This document shows, one piece after another, positions 38,590 through 49,022 of a DNA stretch of 64,000 nucleotides (position 1 is the first letter of the stretch; each line of letters begins with the position of its first letter). The notes under the pieces are model-generated. The model was not told where the DNA came from. It saw nothing but the letters and a program-made list of their open reading frames with translations, and made no database searches. The DNA is from Gemmatales bacterium (lineage in GTDB: Bacteria; Planctomycetota; Planctomycetia; Gemmatales; HRBIN36), in assembly GCA_041640595.1 (NCBI GenBank), contig JBEPZY010000009.1, positions 96,001-160,000 on the forward strand, given 5' to 3'. The position numbers and the translations under genes are program-made.

Positions 38590-40407
38590 ATGCCGCTGAC
38601 TAGCCTACTTTTATCCTGTCTGGTAACACTGGCGCCCAGCGATGCCGGGCCTCCGCGGGGTCCGGTTTTCATCAACGAACGCGCCGTGCCCATACCGGTC
38701 AATTGTGAACGTCCCGAACTTGTGCAAAAGGTCGATCTGTATGTTTCCGCCGACCAGGGAAAACAGTGGCACCTTTATGCCGCCATTCAGCCGACCCAGA
38801 AGGAGATTTCGTTTGTGGCGCCAACCGACGGGGAATACTGGTTCGACCTGGTTACCACCTTCAAGGACGGTCGCAGTGAACCGCGAGCGCCTGGCCTGCA
38901 ACCCCCGCTTCTGGTCCTCATCGTGGACACTAAACCGCCGCGAATTACCTTGCGGCCACAGGACAGTTCTGACGGACAAGCGTCGGTAGCGTGGGAAATT
39001 GAGGATGATCATCTCGATCTGCGGAGCTTGAAGCTGGAATACCGGGATGCGACCACCGGCAGCTGGGTCAGCCTACCTGTTATTCCTCCTTCCGCAAAAG
39101 GCGAGAAACGCTGGCCCGTTCATGGGACCGGTTCCGTGCTGGTTCGTTTAAGTGTTTCGGACCTGGCAGAGAATCAGGCACAAGCTCAGGTGGAAATACC
39201 ACTGGGAAAGGGAAGTGGCCAGTTTGCGGTGGCCGGTGGTCAACCTGGTGGGCAGTTACCGGTGGGTGGTCAGGGCACGGTGGCGGCAAGTGCTGCCCCA
39301 ACCCCTGCGATGGGCCTTCAGGCTCCCACCTGGCCGTCCAGTCATGGCCAGAACCTGCCTGCCGCGGGTTCAACTGCCGGGGCGAACACAGGGGCGCGAA
39401 CTTTCAGCCCGGCGGAAAATCCCCCTTCTGTGGTTCCACCGCCGCCGCCACCACCTGGCTCGGCCACCACCGCGACGAACGCCGCCAATCCAGGCACACC
39501 CGCGTTTTCGCCAGCGTCTTCCGCCCAACATGCCAGCAGCCAAAGCTATGGGCCGCAGAGCTTTAGTTCGACACTTCCTGCTTCGGCAGGAACCGTTGCA
39601 CCTGCCCAAGCATCGGCTTTGCCGCCTCCGCCAGCGCCTCTGCCGACGGAAACCGCTGCTCCGCGAGTCATTGCTCGCTCAGACAGTAGCGGTCTGCCCA
39701 CACAACTGGCCAGCTGGAACCAGCACAGCCCAGGCGGGACTAACACGAATTTCCGTAGCCGATTCAACCTGCCGACACCGCGTTATCTGAACAGTACCCG
39801 GGCCAGTCTGCAGTACGAGATTTCCCGCGTTGGCCCATCCGGTATCGGCAGTGTCGAGGTCTGGATGACCCGCGACGATGGCCGGACCTGGTTCAAAGCT
39901 GCAGAGGATCCGGACTTGCAGCCTCCGGTGCAGGTGGAGTTTCCCGGCGAAGGAGTGTATGGCCTGACACTGGTGGTTCGCAGTCGCGCTGGTCTGGGAC
40001 GTCAGCCGCCACAGCCTGGCGAACCGCCGGACTTGCGCGTCGAGGTGGATCTCACGCCGCCTTACGCAGAACTGTACAACGTCGAAGCCGACCCGCAGCG
40101 CCGCGATTGCCTCATTTTGCTTTGGAGCGCCACCGACAAGAATCTCGCGGCTAATCCTATCACGTTGAAATGGGCGGAGCGCGAATCGGGGCCCTGGCAG
40201 GTAATCGCCGCCGATCTGCCCAATACGGGCCGTTACGTTTGGAAAATGCCCGAGCATTTGCCGTACATGGTTTACTTACGGCTGGAGGCACGCGACCTGG
40301 CTGGAAATCTCGCCGTCGCGCAAACACCGAAACCCATTCTCGTCGATCTCCAGGAGCCGGAAGTGAAACTCCTCGACATCACCCCGCCACTGGACGCTAA
40401 CCGATAG
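38590..40407 (+). CDS. Secreted protein with two related beta-rich regions joined by a Pro/Ala/Ser-rich linker
   Basis: Signal peptide; DLYVSADQGKQW/EVWMTRDDGRTW and VDTKPP/VDLTPP repeat pairs; low-complexity middle. Confidence 0.85.
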   Translation: MPLTSLLLSCLVTLAPSDAGPPRGPVFINERAVPIPVNCERPELVQKVDLYVSADQGKQWHLYAAIQPTQKEISFVAPTDGEYWFDLVTTFKDGRSEPRAPGLQPPLLVLIVDTKPPRITLRPQDSSDGQASVAWEIEDDHLDLRSLKLEYRDATTGSWVSLPVIPPSAKGEKRWPVHGTGSVLVRLSVSDLAENQAQAQVEIPLGKGSGQFAVAGGQPGGQLPVGGQGTVAASAAPTPAMGLQAPTWPSSHGQNLPAAGSTAGANTGARTFSPAENPPSVVPPPPPPPGSATTATNAANPGTPAFSPASSAQHASSQSYGPQSFSSTLPASAGTVAPAQASALPPPPAPLPTETAAPRVIARSDSSGLPTQLASWNQHSPGGTNTNFRSRFNLPTPRYLNSTRASLQYEISRVGPSGIGSVEVWMTRDDGRTWFKAAEDPDLQPPVQVEFPGEGVYGLTLVVRSRAGLGRQPPQPGEPPDLRVEVDLTPPYAELYNVEADPQRRDCLILLWSATDKNLAANPITLKWAERESGPWQVIAADLPNTGRYVWKMPEHLPYMVYLRLEARDLAGNLAVAQTPKPILVDLQEPEVKLLDITPPLDANR

Positions 40408-40747
40408 AGCCAGACGATTACAGGCTCGTCTGCGGTCAGCAAAAGTCGTTTGGCCAGACATAGCCAAATCCCCCAGGCCGGTTATAGCCACTCAGGGGCG
40501 GTCAGCACAAATCGTGTGGCCCTTCGCTGACTGCTCCGTGTGCGGCGTGTCAGCGTATGACCTGCACAGTTGTGTTGTTTCAGCTAGGTAAGAATTGCGT
40601 GCAAATTCTCATCGCCAGCAAGTATGACCTGCACAGTCGTGTTGTCGTCAGCACAAGGAGCGTACTCCATCGCTGACCGGCCGGGCTGGAATTGGCTGGT
40701 CACTGAAACTTCCGTCGGCCCCGCACAATTACCGGAAAACAGTCCTT

Positions 40748-41221
40748 TACCACTGCCACTGATCACCGCCCACTGGCCACTGGTCACCGGTCACCAGTCA
40801 CTCCCGCCCCGCCCACCGCCGCTGGTCACCGACTACTCACTGCCGATCGTGCGTCACCGACCACCGCCCACTTAATCGCCTGCCACTACCCGCCGGCTGC
40901 TGATCAGCGACTACTGGTCACCGGCCACCGATCACTGGCCACTGGTCACGGGTCACCAGTCACTCCCGCCCCGCCCACCCGTCGCTGGTCACCGACTAAT
41001 CACTGCCGATCGTGAGTCACCGACCACTTAATCACCTGCTGCTAACCGCCGACCACTGATCACCGCCCAATGGCCGCTGGTCACTGGCCATCGGCCACCA
41101 CTGACTGGCCACTCATTGGCAACTCCCACCGGCCACTGGTCACCGGTCACCGGCCACCGATCACTGGCCACTAATCACCGGCCACTGGTCACTGGCCACT
41201 GATCGCCGGCCACCGGCCACG
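40748..41221. repeat. Long degenerate heptamer array (G/A)CCAC(T/C)G with an internal ~165-bp-spaced duplication
   Basis: cactggccactggtcac(c/g)ggtcaccagtcactcccgccccgcccacc occurs at about 40771 and 40934; many ggccact/ggtcacc/gatcact units. Confidence 0.8.
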
Positions 41222-41261
41222 TTGTGCAGCATGGTGCGAGGTAAACGACCTTCATCCCGGC

Positions 41262-42191
41262 TCAATCGGCCAGATGCCGCCGAAACAAACGATGCAGGTA
41301 TTCGCGCAGGATCGGTACCTGAACTTCGGTAATCAGTTCCACGTTGGGGGCGGCTCGATGCGGTGTCAAATCCACAACCAGCATGCCGCGTGTAAGTTCG
41401 CCGCGAGTCTCCACATCCACCGTCATGGGATGCGTGCGCAGTGCGTGCGGGCAAGTCAACGCACATACCCCAAGCACGTCTTTCAGGTGGAACCCTTCGA
41501 TGCCGTAGAGCCGAGCCGTTGCACCGATGCCGTAATGGAGAATCCTGCGCAAAAAATAGCAGGCTCGCGACTCGCGATCCGTCAGGGAAGCAATTTCGGC
41601 CGGCGACAGCAGCAACTGGCGGGTTACATCCAGGGGAGCAAGAACAATCGGGGCACCGCAACGCAGCACTTGCCGTGCTGCCTCGGGGTCGCAGTAGAAA
41701 TGAAACTCAGCGACCGCAGAAGCGTTGCCAGGTTCCCGCCAGGTCCCGCCCACAATCACGAATTGTCGCACTCGTCGTGCCAGGGTTGGGTCGCGATCCA
41801 GGGCCCGGGCGATCACGGTCAGCGGACCCAAACACACTACCGTAACCTCATTCGGATACTCGCTGGTTAACTCCAGCAGGAGCCGATCCGAAGGAAATAA
41901 TCGGTGTCTGCCGACGTGCGGCCAGGAGATACCGCCTAACCCACCGGGGCCATGCAATCGCGTACCGTCGCTGTCATAACGAACCGGCGGGGCTTCGCCA
42001 AGACGGGGCCAGCGCGGCGGATCCAGGTAGTCCATGATGATATGGACATTCCGCGTCGCCTCTTCGGCAGACACGTTGCCTGCCGTGGCCGCGATTCCCA
42101 GCACCTCCACTTCCGGGTCGAACAGCGCCACCGCAATGGCGACCGCGGTATCAATTCCAGGATCAGCAACCAGCACGACCTTCCGAGGCAT
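41262..42191 (-). CDS. Inosine/uridine-preferring nucleoside hydrolase family
   Basis: ADPGIDTAVA, AGNV, HGPGGLG, LGPLTVIA, GNASAVAEFHFYCDPEAA, PLDVT. Confidence 0.9.
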   Translation of the reverse strand: MPRKVVLVADPGIDTAVAIAVALFDPEVEVLGIAATAGNVSAEEATRNVHIIMDYLDPPRWPRLGEAPPVRYDSDGTRLHGPGGLGGISWPHVGRHRLFPSDRLLLELTSEYPNEVTVVCLGPLTVIARALDRDPTLARRVRQFVIVGGTWREPGNASAVAEFHFYCDPEAARQVLRCGAPIVLAPLDVTRQLLLSPAEIASLTDRESRACYFLRRILHYGIGATARLYGIEGFHLKDVLGVCALTCPHALRTHPMTVDVETRGELTRGMLVVDLTPHRAAPNVELITEVQVPILREYLHRLFRRHLAD

Positions 42192-42376
42192 ACCGTTATC
42201 TTAGTGGTGCAGTCGGTGGGTGGCGGGAATCCGCATGGCGCGAGTGGCCGGTGGTCGGTGAACGGTGCCCAGAGCGCCGTCGCTGATTTTGCTTGCCTTT
42301 GGTCGGGCCAGCAGCCAAAATAAAGCCAGCCTCTTGCTGCACCGAACGGACAAATGGCAAGCAAAGGAAGACGCTG

Positions 42377-43915
42377 ATGCTGGCGCGGTTAAAGACGTTT
42401 ACCCTGGTGGGCATTGATGCTGTCTGCGTAGAAGTCGAGGTGGATGTTGCTCCCGGGTTGCCAAAAACTGTCCTGGTGGGTTTACCGGAAGCAGCGGTCA
42501 AGGAAAGCACCCACCGTATCGAACGTGCGTTAGCCAATCTGGGCTACCATCCACCCCAGGGCCGTGTCGTCATCAATCTCGCTCCCGCCGATCTTCGCAA
42601 AGACGCCGCCAGTTTCGATCTCCCCATCGCCCTGGGCATGTTGATCGGGTCGGGGCAGGTGCATGTGGATGCGCGGGGAGAGAACTGGGCAGTGGTGGGC
42701 GAGTTAGCGCTGGACGGTTCGACGCGACCGGTCAAGGGTGCGCTTTCTATGGCCATGACCGCGGCTCGACGGGGTATCCACCATTTCCTGGTACCTTCCG
42801 CCAACGCCAAAGAGGCAGCGGTAGTCCAGGAAGTGACTGTTTTTCCCGTCGGCACTCTCACTGAAGCCGTGGGTTGGCTCACCGGCCAGCTGGAGTTAGA
42901 ACCTGTGCCGGCGGACGTGGATGGCGTTTTTGCCAAACTCAACGTGTACGATGTGGATTTTGCTGATGTGCGGGGACAGGAGTTCGCCAAACGTGCCCTG
43001 GTGATCGCTGCGGCGGGCGGACATAACGTGCTGATGAGTGGCCCGCCGGGTTCCGGCAAGACGATGCTGGCGCGACGGTTACCGACCATTTTGCCACCGC
43101 TAACGCCCGAAGAGAGCCTGGAAACGACGCGGATTTACAGCGCCATGGGTTTGCTGCCGGCGGACCAACCTCTGCTCACGGTGCGGCCGTTCCGCGCTCC
43201 TCATCACACCGTCAGCGATGCCGGTCTGGTCGGGGGTGGTACGACTCCAACGCCCGGGGAAATATCGCTGGCGCATCACGGCGTGCTGTTTCTGGACGAA
43301 TTGCCGGAATTCGACCGCCGGACTTTGGAAGTATTGCGTCAACCGCTGGAGGAAGGGCGAGTGACCATCTCGCGGGCGCTGGCTTCCACAACTTTCCCGG
43401 CCAGTTTCATTCTGGTGGCCGCCATGAACCCGTGTCCGTGCGGCTATTTTGGCGATGCTCGCCGACGGTGTTTGTGTACGCCGACCGCAATCGAACGCTA
43501 CGTTTCGAAAATCAGCGGGCCGCTTCTCGACCGTATTGACCTGCATGTCGAGGTCCCGGCAGTACCGTGGCAGGAACTGAGTGCGCCACGGGACGGCATG
43601 ACCAGTGCACAAATGCGCGAGTTAGTTCTCCGGGCCCGCCAGCGGCAGCAAAAACGCTTCGGCAATCCCCAGCTGCTGAACGGACGGATGTCCAGCCGAC
43701 AGTTGCGTCAGTTTTGCCGGCTTGACTCGCAGTCGCAAAACATCCTCCGTGGAGCCGTCGAACAATTAGGCCTGTCGGCTCGGGCTCACGATCGCGTCCT
43801 GCGGGTCGCCCGGACGATCGCCGACTTAGAAGACCAGGAGGAAATTCGCCCAGAACACGTTATCGAGGCTCTCAATTATCGCATTCTCGACCGCAAGCTC
43901 TGGCTTCGCTATTAG
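42377..43915 (+). CDS. comM: YifB/ComM-family Mg-chelatase-like AAA+ ATPase
   Basis: VGLPEAAVKES, INLAPADLRK, GPPGSGKT, PFRAPHH, LFLDELPEF, AMNPCPCGY, LSARAHDRVLRVARTIADL. Confidence 0.93.
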   Translation: MLARLKTFTLVGIDAVCVEVEVDVAPGLPKTVLVGLPEAAVKESTHRIERALANLGYHPPQGRVVINLAPADLRKDAASFDLPIALGMLIGSGQVHVDARGENWAVVGELALDGSTRPVKGALSMAMTAARRGIHHFLVPSANAKEAAVVQEVTVFPVGTLTEAVGWLTGQLELEPVPADVDGVFAKLNVYDVDFADVRGQEFAKRALVIAAAGGHNVLMSGPPGSGKTMLARRLPTILPPLTPEESLETTRIYSAMGLLPADQPLLTVRPFRAPHHTVSDAGLVGGGTTPTPGEISLAHHGVLFLDELPEFDRRTLEVLRQPLEEGRVTISRALASTTFPASFILVAAMNPCPCGYFGDARRRCLCTPTAIERYVSKISGPLLDRIDLHVEVPAVPWQELSAPRDGMTSAQMRELVLRARQRQQKRFGNPQLLNGRMSSRQLRQFCRLDSQSQNILRGAVEQLGLSARAHDRVLRVARTIADLEDQEEIRPEHVIEALNYRILDRKLWLRY

Positions 43916-43927
43916 TACACTGCCCTC

Positions 43928-44063
43928 TTCGAGCAACTGACCACTGGCCACTAACCACTGGCCACCATAATCTGCGACGAAATCTCTTGTCCAGGTTCGA
44001 ACTTCGAGTAACTGACCACTGGCCACTGACCACTGGCCACCGATTGCCGATCACCGGCCACTG
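43928..44063. repeat. Heptamer repeats in a duplicated 39-bp block
   Basis: ttcgag(c/t)aactgaccactggccact(a/g)accactggccacc at about 43928 and 44003. Confidence 0.75.
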
Positions 44064-44091
44064 CTCAAAGCTACCGCACGGAGCATAGCTC

Positions 44092-44379
44092 ATGAAATTC
44101 GCCGCTATTATCGAATACACGACCGACCGCGACAAAATTCAAGCCGTGCGTCCCGTGCATCGGCAGTATCTAGCCCAGCTCAAGGCCCAGGGCAAACTGG
44201 TTGCTTCGGGACCATTCACGGATGATAGCGGTGCCTTGATTATCTACGAGGCGGAAAATCGCCAGGAAGCTGAACAACTCGTCCAGAACGATCCTTTTTG
44301 CCGCGAAGGGATATTTCGCAGCTGGCAATTGCGACCCTGGAACCCGGTGCTGGCCAATCGTGCCCTGTTGCCCGAGTAA
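44092..44379 (+). CDS. YciI-family protein
   Basis: VRPVHRQYL, GKLVASGPF, GALIIYEA, NDPF. Confidence 0.9.
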   Translation: MKFAAIIEYTTDRDKIQAVRPVHRQYLAQLKAQGKLVASGPFTDDSGALIIYEAENRQEAEQLVQNDPFCREGIFRSWQLRPWNPVLANRALLPE

Positions 44380-44381
44380 CC

Positions 44382-44906
44382 ATGAGCATGGGGGACTTTT
44401 CGGTGGACCGATGGAACACTTTCGTTCAGCAAGTCGGCGAAGCACTGCGGGTAAGGCGGTTAGGCCCACTGGTCTTCGCCCGTTGCCACTGGGAGAGTGA
44501 TACACCACTGGAAAAGCTCCCGCCCAAACTGGCCCGACTGGTGGAGACTCTGGCCCAGTGGATGCAACAACCGCCGGAGCGGTTCTATCTCACCCGCAAG
44601 GCCGAGCTGGCCAGTGTGACGCTGGTCGTGGAATTCCGACCATCGGCAACGGCCATCGTTTCCCACGCCCGCGGCTTTGCCGACTTGCATGCGCCGACCT
44701 CGGCAGGAGTGAGTGATACCGAAGCGGCGAAACCCAAAGCCTTCCCAGGCATCCGCCCGCTGGGGCTGGACCTTTTCCTGCTGGGCACCCAGGGGGCGAT
44801 CTACCTCGATGGCACCCAGGATGACCGGCCAGGCGATCCGCTTGTCGTTCCCGATCTCCCCGCGGATCATCCCATCCATAAGCAACTCGCACAAGTTTGG
44901 CCATGA
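44382..44906 (+). CDS. Hypothetical protein (resembles the C-terminal half of Gfo/Idh/MocA oxidoreductases)
   Basis: Starts 3 nt after yciI; RLGPLVFAR..., VTLVVEF...ATAIVS, LFLLGTQGAIY. Confidence 0.55.
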   Translation: MSMGDFSVDRWNTFVQQVGEALRVRRLGPLVFARCHWESDTPLEKLPPKLARLVETLAQWMQQPPERFYLTRKAELASVTLVVEFRPSATAIVSHARGFADLHAPTSAGVSDTEAAKPKAFPGIRPLGLDLFLLGTQGAIYLDGTQDDRPGDPLVVPDLPADHPIHKQLAQVWP

Positions 44907-45252
44907 CCGGACCGATTTGCTGTCGGTGAGCGCAGAAGTGGACGATACTTACGCACGGTTTGGGCGGCTCCAAAGTTGGTTCCTGAATCGCCGTTCCGGA
45001 AAGTGAGCCCACCCCAATCAGCTCCTGGCAAGTGGTCTGCGTCCTGGCTGTAAGGCACGATTGGCGCTGCATCCTGTTGCCCGCTTACCACTGGCAAAAT
45101 GGCTCGATAGACTAACCAGGATGCTAAAATACCTTGCCGTTGCTGCAATCGGTAGGCGGCCGATGGCCGGCACAGATGGCTGGTGGCTGGCGGTCACTGG
45201 TCGGTCATTAGCTGGCTGAGACCCTGAGATTGGGCAAAGAGGACTGATTGGC

Positions 45253-47142
45253 ATGGGCGCGCAAAAAGTGGCAGTGGCGGGTTCACGTTATTTGCGAGGA
45301 ACACGGGTTCCCACCCTGGTGTTCCGTAGCAGTGCCGAAGCATCTCGGCACGTGGCGCTGTTGATTGAAGCACTCATCCGCACCAACAACTCGGCGGGTC
45401 GGCCCACCGTGCTGGGTCTGCCTACCGGTTCCACGCCCGTTGGCATGTACCGCGAGCTTATCCGTATGCACCGGGAAGAAGGGTTGGATTTCAGCCGGGT
45501 AATTACGTTCAACCTGGACGAATATTATCCCATGTCGCCGCAGGACCGGCATTCGTACCACGCCTGGATGTGGGAAAACTTCTTCAAGCACGTCAATATT
45601 CGCCCTGAGAACATCCACATTCCCGATGGCACTGTGCCGCTCGACCGCATGGAGGAGTACTGTGCTGAATACGAACAGGCCATTCGCCGGGTCGGTGGGA
45701 TTGACCTGATGGTGCTGGGAATCGGCCGAACCGGACACATTGGTTTCAACGAGCCTGGTTCCCTACCGACCAGCCGAACCCGGCTCGTTACCCTCGACCC
45801 GGTAACTCGCCGCGACGCAGCCAGCGGTTTCTTCGGTGAGGAAAATGTGCCTCACCAGGCCATCACCATGGGCATCGGGACTATCCTGGAAGCCAGAAAA
45901 ATCGTGTTGTTAGCGTTCGGCGAACACAAGGCTGCGGTCGTGCGGAAGGCAGTTGAAGAGGAGCCCTCGGACGCTATTGCTGCCAGTTTCCTCCAAAGGC
46001 ATCTGGACGCCACGTTTATCCTGGATGAAGCGGCAGCGGCAGAACTGACGGCGGTGCGTCAACCCTGGCTGTTTGGCCCGGTGAACTGGACACCGCAACT
46101 CATCCGCCGCGCCGTGCTGCACCTGAGCCTGACCAGTAACAAACCCTTACTGCTGCTGACCGAAGACGACTTCCGCGAACACCACCTGTACGAACTGCTG
46201 CGCGAATTTGGCCCAGCGCAACGGTTGAATCAGCGGGTGTTCGACGAGATGCTGGCTACCATCGAGGATAATCCAGGTGGGCCGACGCCAAAGACCGTCG
46301 TCGTCTTCAGTCCCCATCCGGACGACGATGTCATCAGCATGGGCGGTACGCTGATCCATCTGGTTGAGCACGGGCACACCGTGCATATTGCCTACATGAC
46401 CAGCGGCAATATCGCCGTGTTCGACCACGACGCGCTGCGTTTCACCGATTTCGTGGCCGCCTTTAACAAATACTTCGGAATTGCTCCCGACCGCACCGAA
46501 GAGGTTTCCCAGCATATCCGCGATTTACTGGAAAACAAAAAGGGGGGCCAACCCGACGAGCCGGAGGTGTTGAAAATCAAGGCCCTGATTCGTGAAACCG
46601 AAGCCCGTGCGGCGGCGCGTAGTGTCGGCATACCGTCGCAGCAGTTGCATTTCCTCGACATGCCTTTCTACCGTACAGGAACCATCGAGAAGAAAGCGAT
46701 TTCCGAAGAGGACATTGCTGAAGTGATGGAACTGCTGGAACGGATTCGGCCGGAGCAGATCTACATGGCCGGCGATCTTTCCGATCCTCACGGCACGCAT
46801 CGCCTGTGTGCTGAGGCGATTTTCCAGGCAGTGCGGCGATTGCGGGATCGCGGCTTGCAGTTCGAGGTATGGATGTACCGCGGAGCCTGGCAGGAATGGG
46901 AAGTTCACGAGATTGACCGCGCCGTTCCTCTCAGTCCGGAGGAAATGGAGCGCAAGAAGCTGGCCATCTTCAAGCATCAGTCGCAGAAAGATCGCCCTAT
47001 GTTTCCAGGCAGCGATTTGCGAGAATTCTGGCAACGTGCCGAGGACCGTAACCGCCACACCGCCCAGCTCTACGACCGGCTTGGTTTGCCGCAATTCTAC
47101 GCTCTGGAAGCTTTTCGACTCTGGCGCGACCAGGACTACTGA
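45253..47142 (+). CDS. nagB: Glucosamine-6-phosphate deaminase fused to a PIG-L-like domain
   Basis: LGLPTGSTP, TFNLDEYY, LGIGRTGHIGFNEPGS; C-terminal FSPHPDDDVISMGGT, AIFKHQSQKD. Confidence 0.96.
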   Translation: MGAQKVAVAGSRYLRGTRVPTLVFRSSAEASRHVALLIEALIRTNNSAGRPTVLGLPTGSTPVGMYRELIRMHREEGLDFSRVITFNLDEYYPMSPQDRHSYHAWMWENFFKHVNIRPENIHIPDGTVPLDRMEEYCAEYEQAIRRVGGIDLMVLGIGRTGHIGFNEPGSLPTSRTRLVTLDPVTRRDAASGFFGEENVPHQAITMGIGTILEARKIVLLAFGEHKAAVVRKAVEEEPSDAIAASFLQRHLDATFILDEAAAAELTAVRQPWLFGPVNWTPQLIRRAVLHLSLTSNKPLLLLTEDDFREHHLYELLREFGPAQRLNQRVFDEMLATIEDNPGGPTPKTVVVFSPHPDDDVISMGGTLIHLVEHGHTVHIAYMTSGNIAVFDHDALRFTDFVAAFNKYFGIAPDRTEEVSQHIRDLLENKKGGQPDEPEVLKIKALIRETEARAAARSVGIPSQQLHFLDMPFYRTGTIEKKAISEEDIAEVMELLERIRPEQIYMAGDLSDPHGTHRLCAEAIFQAVRRLRDRGLQFEVWMYRGAWQEWEVHEIDRAVPLSPEEMERKKLAIFKHQSQKDRPMFPGSDLREFWQRAEDRNRHTAQLYDRLGLPQFYALEAFRLWRDQDY

Positions 47143-48024
47143 TAAGGCATTGAAAAGAAGGGGCGTCAACTCCGCGTGTTTTTTCGTTATCGGGTGCAAT
47201 CAGTCCGTCGAACAGACAATCATTCGAGAGCGGGGGAAGTCGGTCTCCCGTGTTCAGCTGTTGTCCAAACGAGAATCGCTCTATCGGGCGAAAATCGTTC
47301 AAGAGCGGGGGCGTCAGACTTCCGTGGCACGCGGTTCTGGCTGCGACCAAAAACGATGAACCTGGTCGGGCCAGAATCTCCCCAGGCACCCTGGATGGGT
47401 CGTTCGGAAGCTGGTTGTTGTTCCAGGAATCCTCTTGCCCGTTCGCGTTCGGCAGAATGGCGCTCCCCGATTCTTGCTGGGCAAGTAAAAAGGCCATACA
47501 GTAAGTTAAACGAAACGTCATCGCTCAAGAGCGGGGACTAAGCCCTCGTGGCAATCAAATAGAGTGGTAGAAGGCAGATACACTACCAAGACGGCGGCAA
47601 AGACATGACGTATTGCCCCGAAGCAACAAAGCGGTGCTTCAGGGCGGGGTCGAATGATTGCCGGGCCAAACAAGCAGCGGCGGATCGGCAAGTGATTTGC
47701 CGCTGGTCGTTCGCCGTGCAGACTCGCAAGCTCTGCTCCGGTAACGCCATGCCTCATCCAGCTTGGCTACTCGGCGATATGGGTCGGCTTGAAAACCTCG
47801 AACTTCGTTCCCGACCTGGCTTGCAAGGTACATCAATTTTTCGCGGTCGGGTCTTTACAATCTGGCAGCTTAGGACTCCAAAGAACCTCATAATTGCGGA
47901 GTAGCCAGTCGCTTCGGGAGCGCGAGACGCAAGTCGCCGTGCTCTTGAGAACGCGGAGGCGGAAGGCGCATATCTTTTACAGGACTTGTCTGGCGTATCA
48001 AATTCATCAAACGGGGGACCTTTT

Positions 48025-48996
48025 ATGAGCGTGGCGAACTCATCGAACGGCGAAGTCATTGTCGAAACCCGCAATCTCACCAAGGTTTACCTCGACTTCT
48101 GGGGCCGACGAAAAAAGGAAGCGCTGCGGGCTCTCAACTTGCAAATCTATCGCGGCGAGGTATTTGGCTTGCTCGGCCCGAACGGTTCCGGCAAGACGAC
48201 AACCATTAAATTGCTGCTCGGCTTACTGTTTCCCACAGAAGGTGAAGCGCTGGTCTTCGGCAGGCCGGGTACGGATGTCGCCAAGAACGAACGCATCGGC
48301 TACCTTCCCGAAGAATCGTACCTGTATCGTTTTCTGACAGCGGAGGAAACGCTGGATTTTTACGGGCGACTGTTCAATCTCAGCCCTGAGGTTCGGAAAA
48401 AACGAGCCGAAGAGTTGATCGAAAAAGTCGGACTCAGTCGGGACAAGAAACGTACCCTCCGCGAGTATTCCAAGGGTATGCGGCAGCGTATCGGCCTGGC
48501 CCAAGCGCTCATCAATGATCCGGAATTAGTTATCCTGGACGAGCCAACGTCGGGGCTCGACCCGATTGGTACCCGCTGGATGAAAGACCTGATTCTGGAA
48601 CTCAAGGCGCAGGGCAAAACGGTGATCATGTGCAGTCACCGTTTGGAAGATGTGCAGGACGTTTGCGACCGCATCGCCATCCTTTATGAGGGGGAGTTGA
48701 AAGAGCTGGGGCGGGTAGATGAGTTGCTGGAGATTGCCGAATTGGTTGAACTGCGGGCACGCGGTGTTCGCCTGACCGAAGAGCTGAAACGCGACCTGGC
48801 CGAAGTCATCCGCCGCCACGGAGGCGAAGTTGAGAGCGTGCAACATCCCACCACCACTCTCGAGGACCTGTTCCTGCGGATCGTCAAAGAGAGCCAGCTG
48901 CATCCGGGCCGGCGGTATCTGCCTCGACAGGAACGCCCGACTCCCGCAGCCGTACCCGCTGGTGCTACTCCCGGCGGCAATTCGTCAAATTCCTGA
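48025..48996 (+). CDS. ABC transporter ATP-binding protein
   Basis: [31 protein letters not shown]. Confidence 0.95.
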   Translation: MSVANSSNGEVIVETRNLTKVYLDFWGRRKKEALRALNLQIYRGEVFGLLGPNGSGKTTTIKLLLGLLFPTEGEALVFGRPGTDVAKNERIGYLPEESYLYRFLTAEETLDFYGRLFNLSPEVRKKRAEELIEKVGLSRDKKRTLREYSKGMRQRIGLAQALINDPELVILDEPTSGLDPIGTRWMKDLILELKAQGKTVIMCSHRLEDVQDVCDRIAILYEGELKELGRVDELLEIAELVELRARGVRLTEELKRDLAEVIRRHGGEVESVQHPTTTLEDLFLRIVKESQLHPGRRYLPRQERPTPAAVPAGATPGGNSSNS

Positions 48997-49022
48997 GCAT
49001 TCAGTTGGTAAGGAGAAGCGCC

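Noticed and set aside
45253..47142. NagB-PIG-L fusion as a novelty
   Set aside because: This long NagB form is already known from several bacterial phyla.
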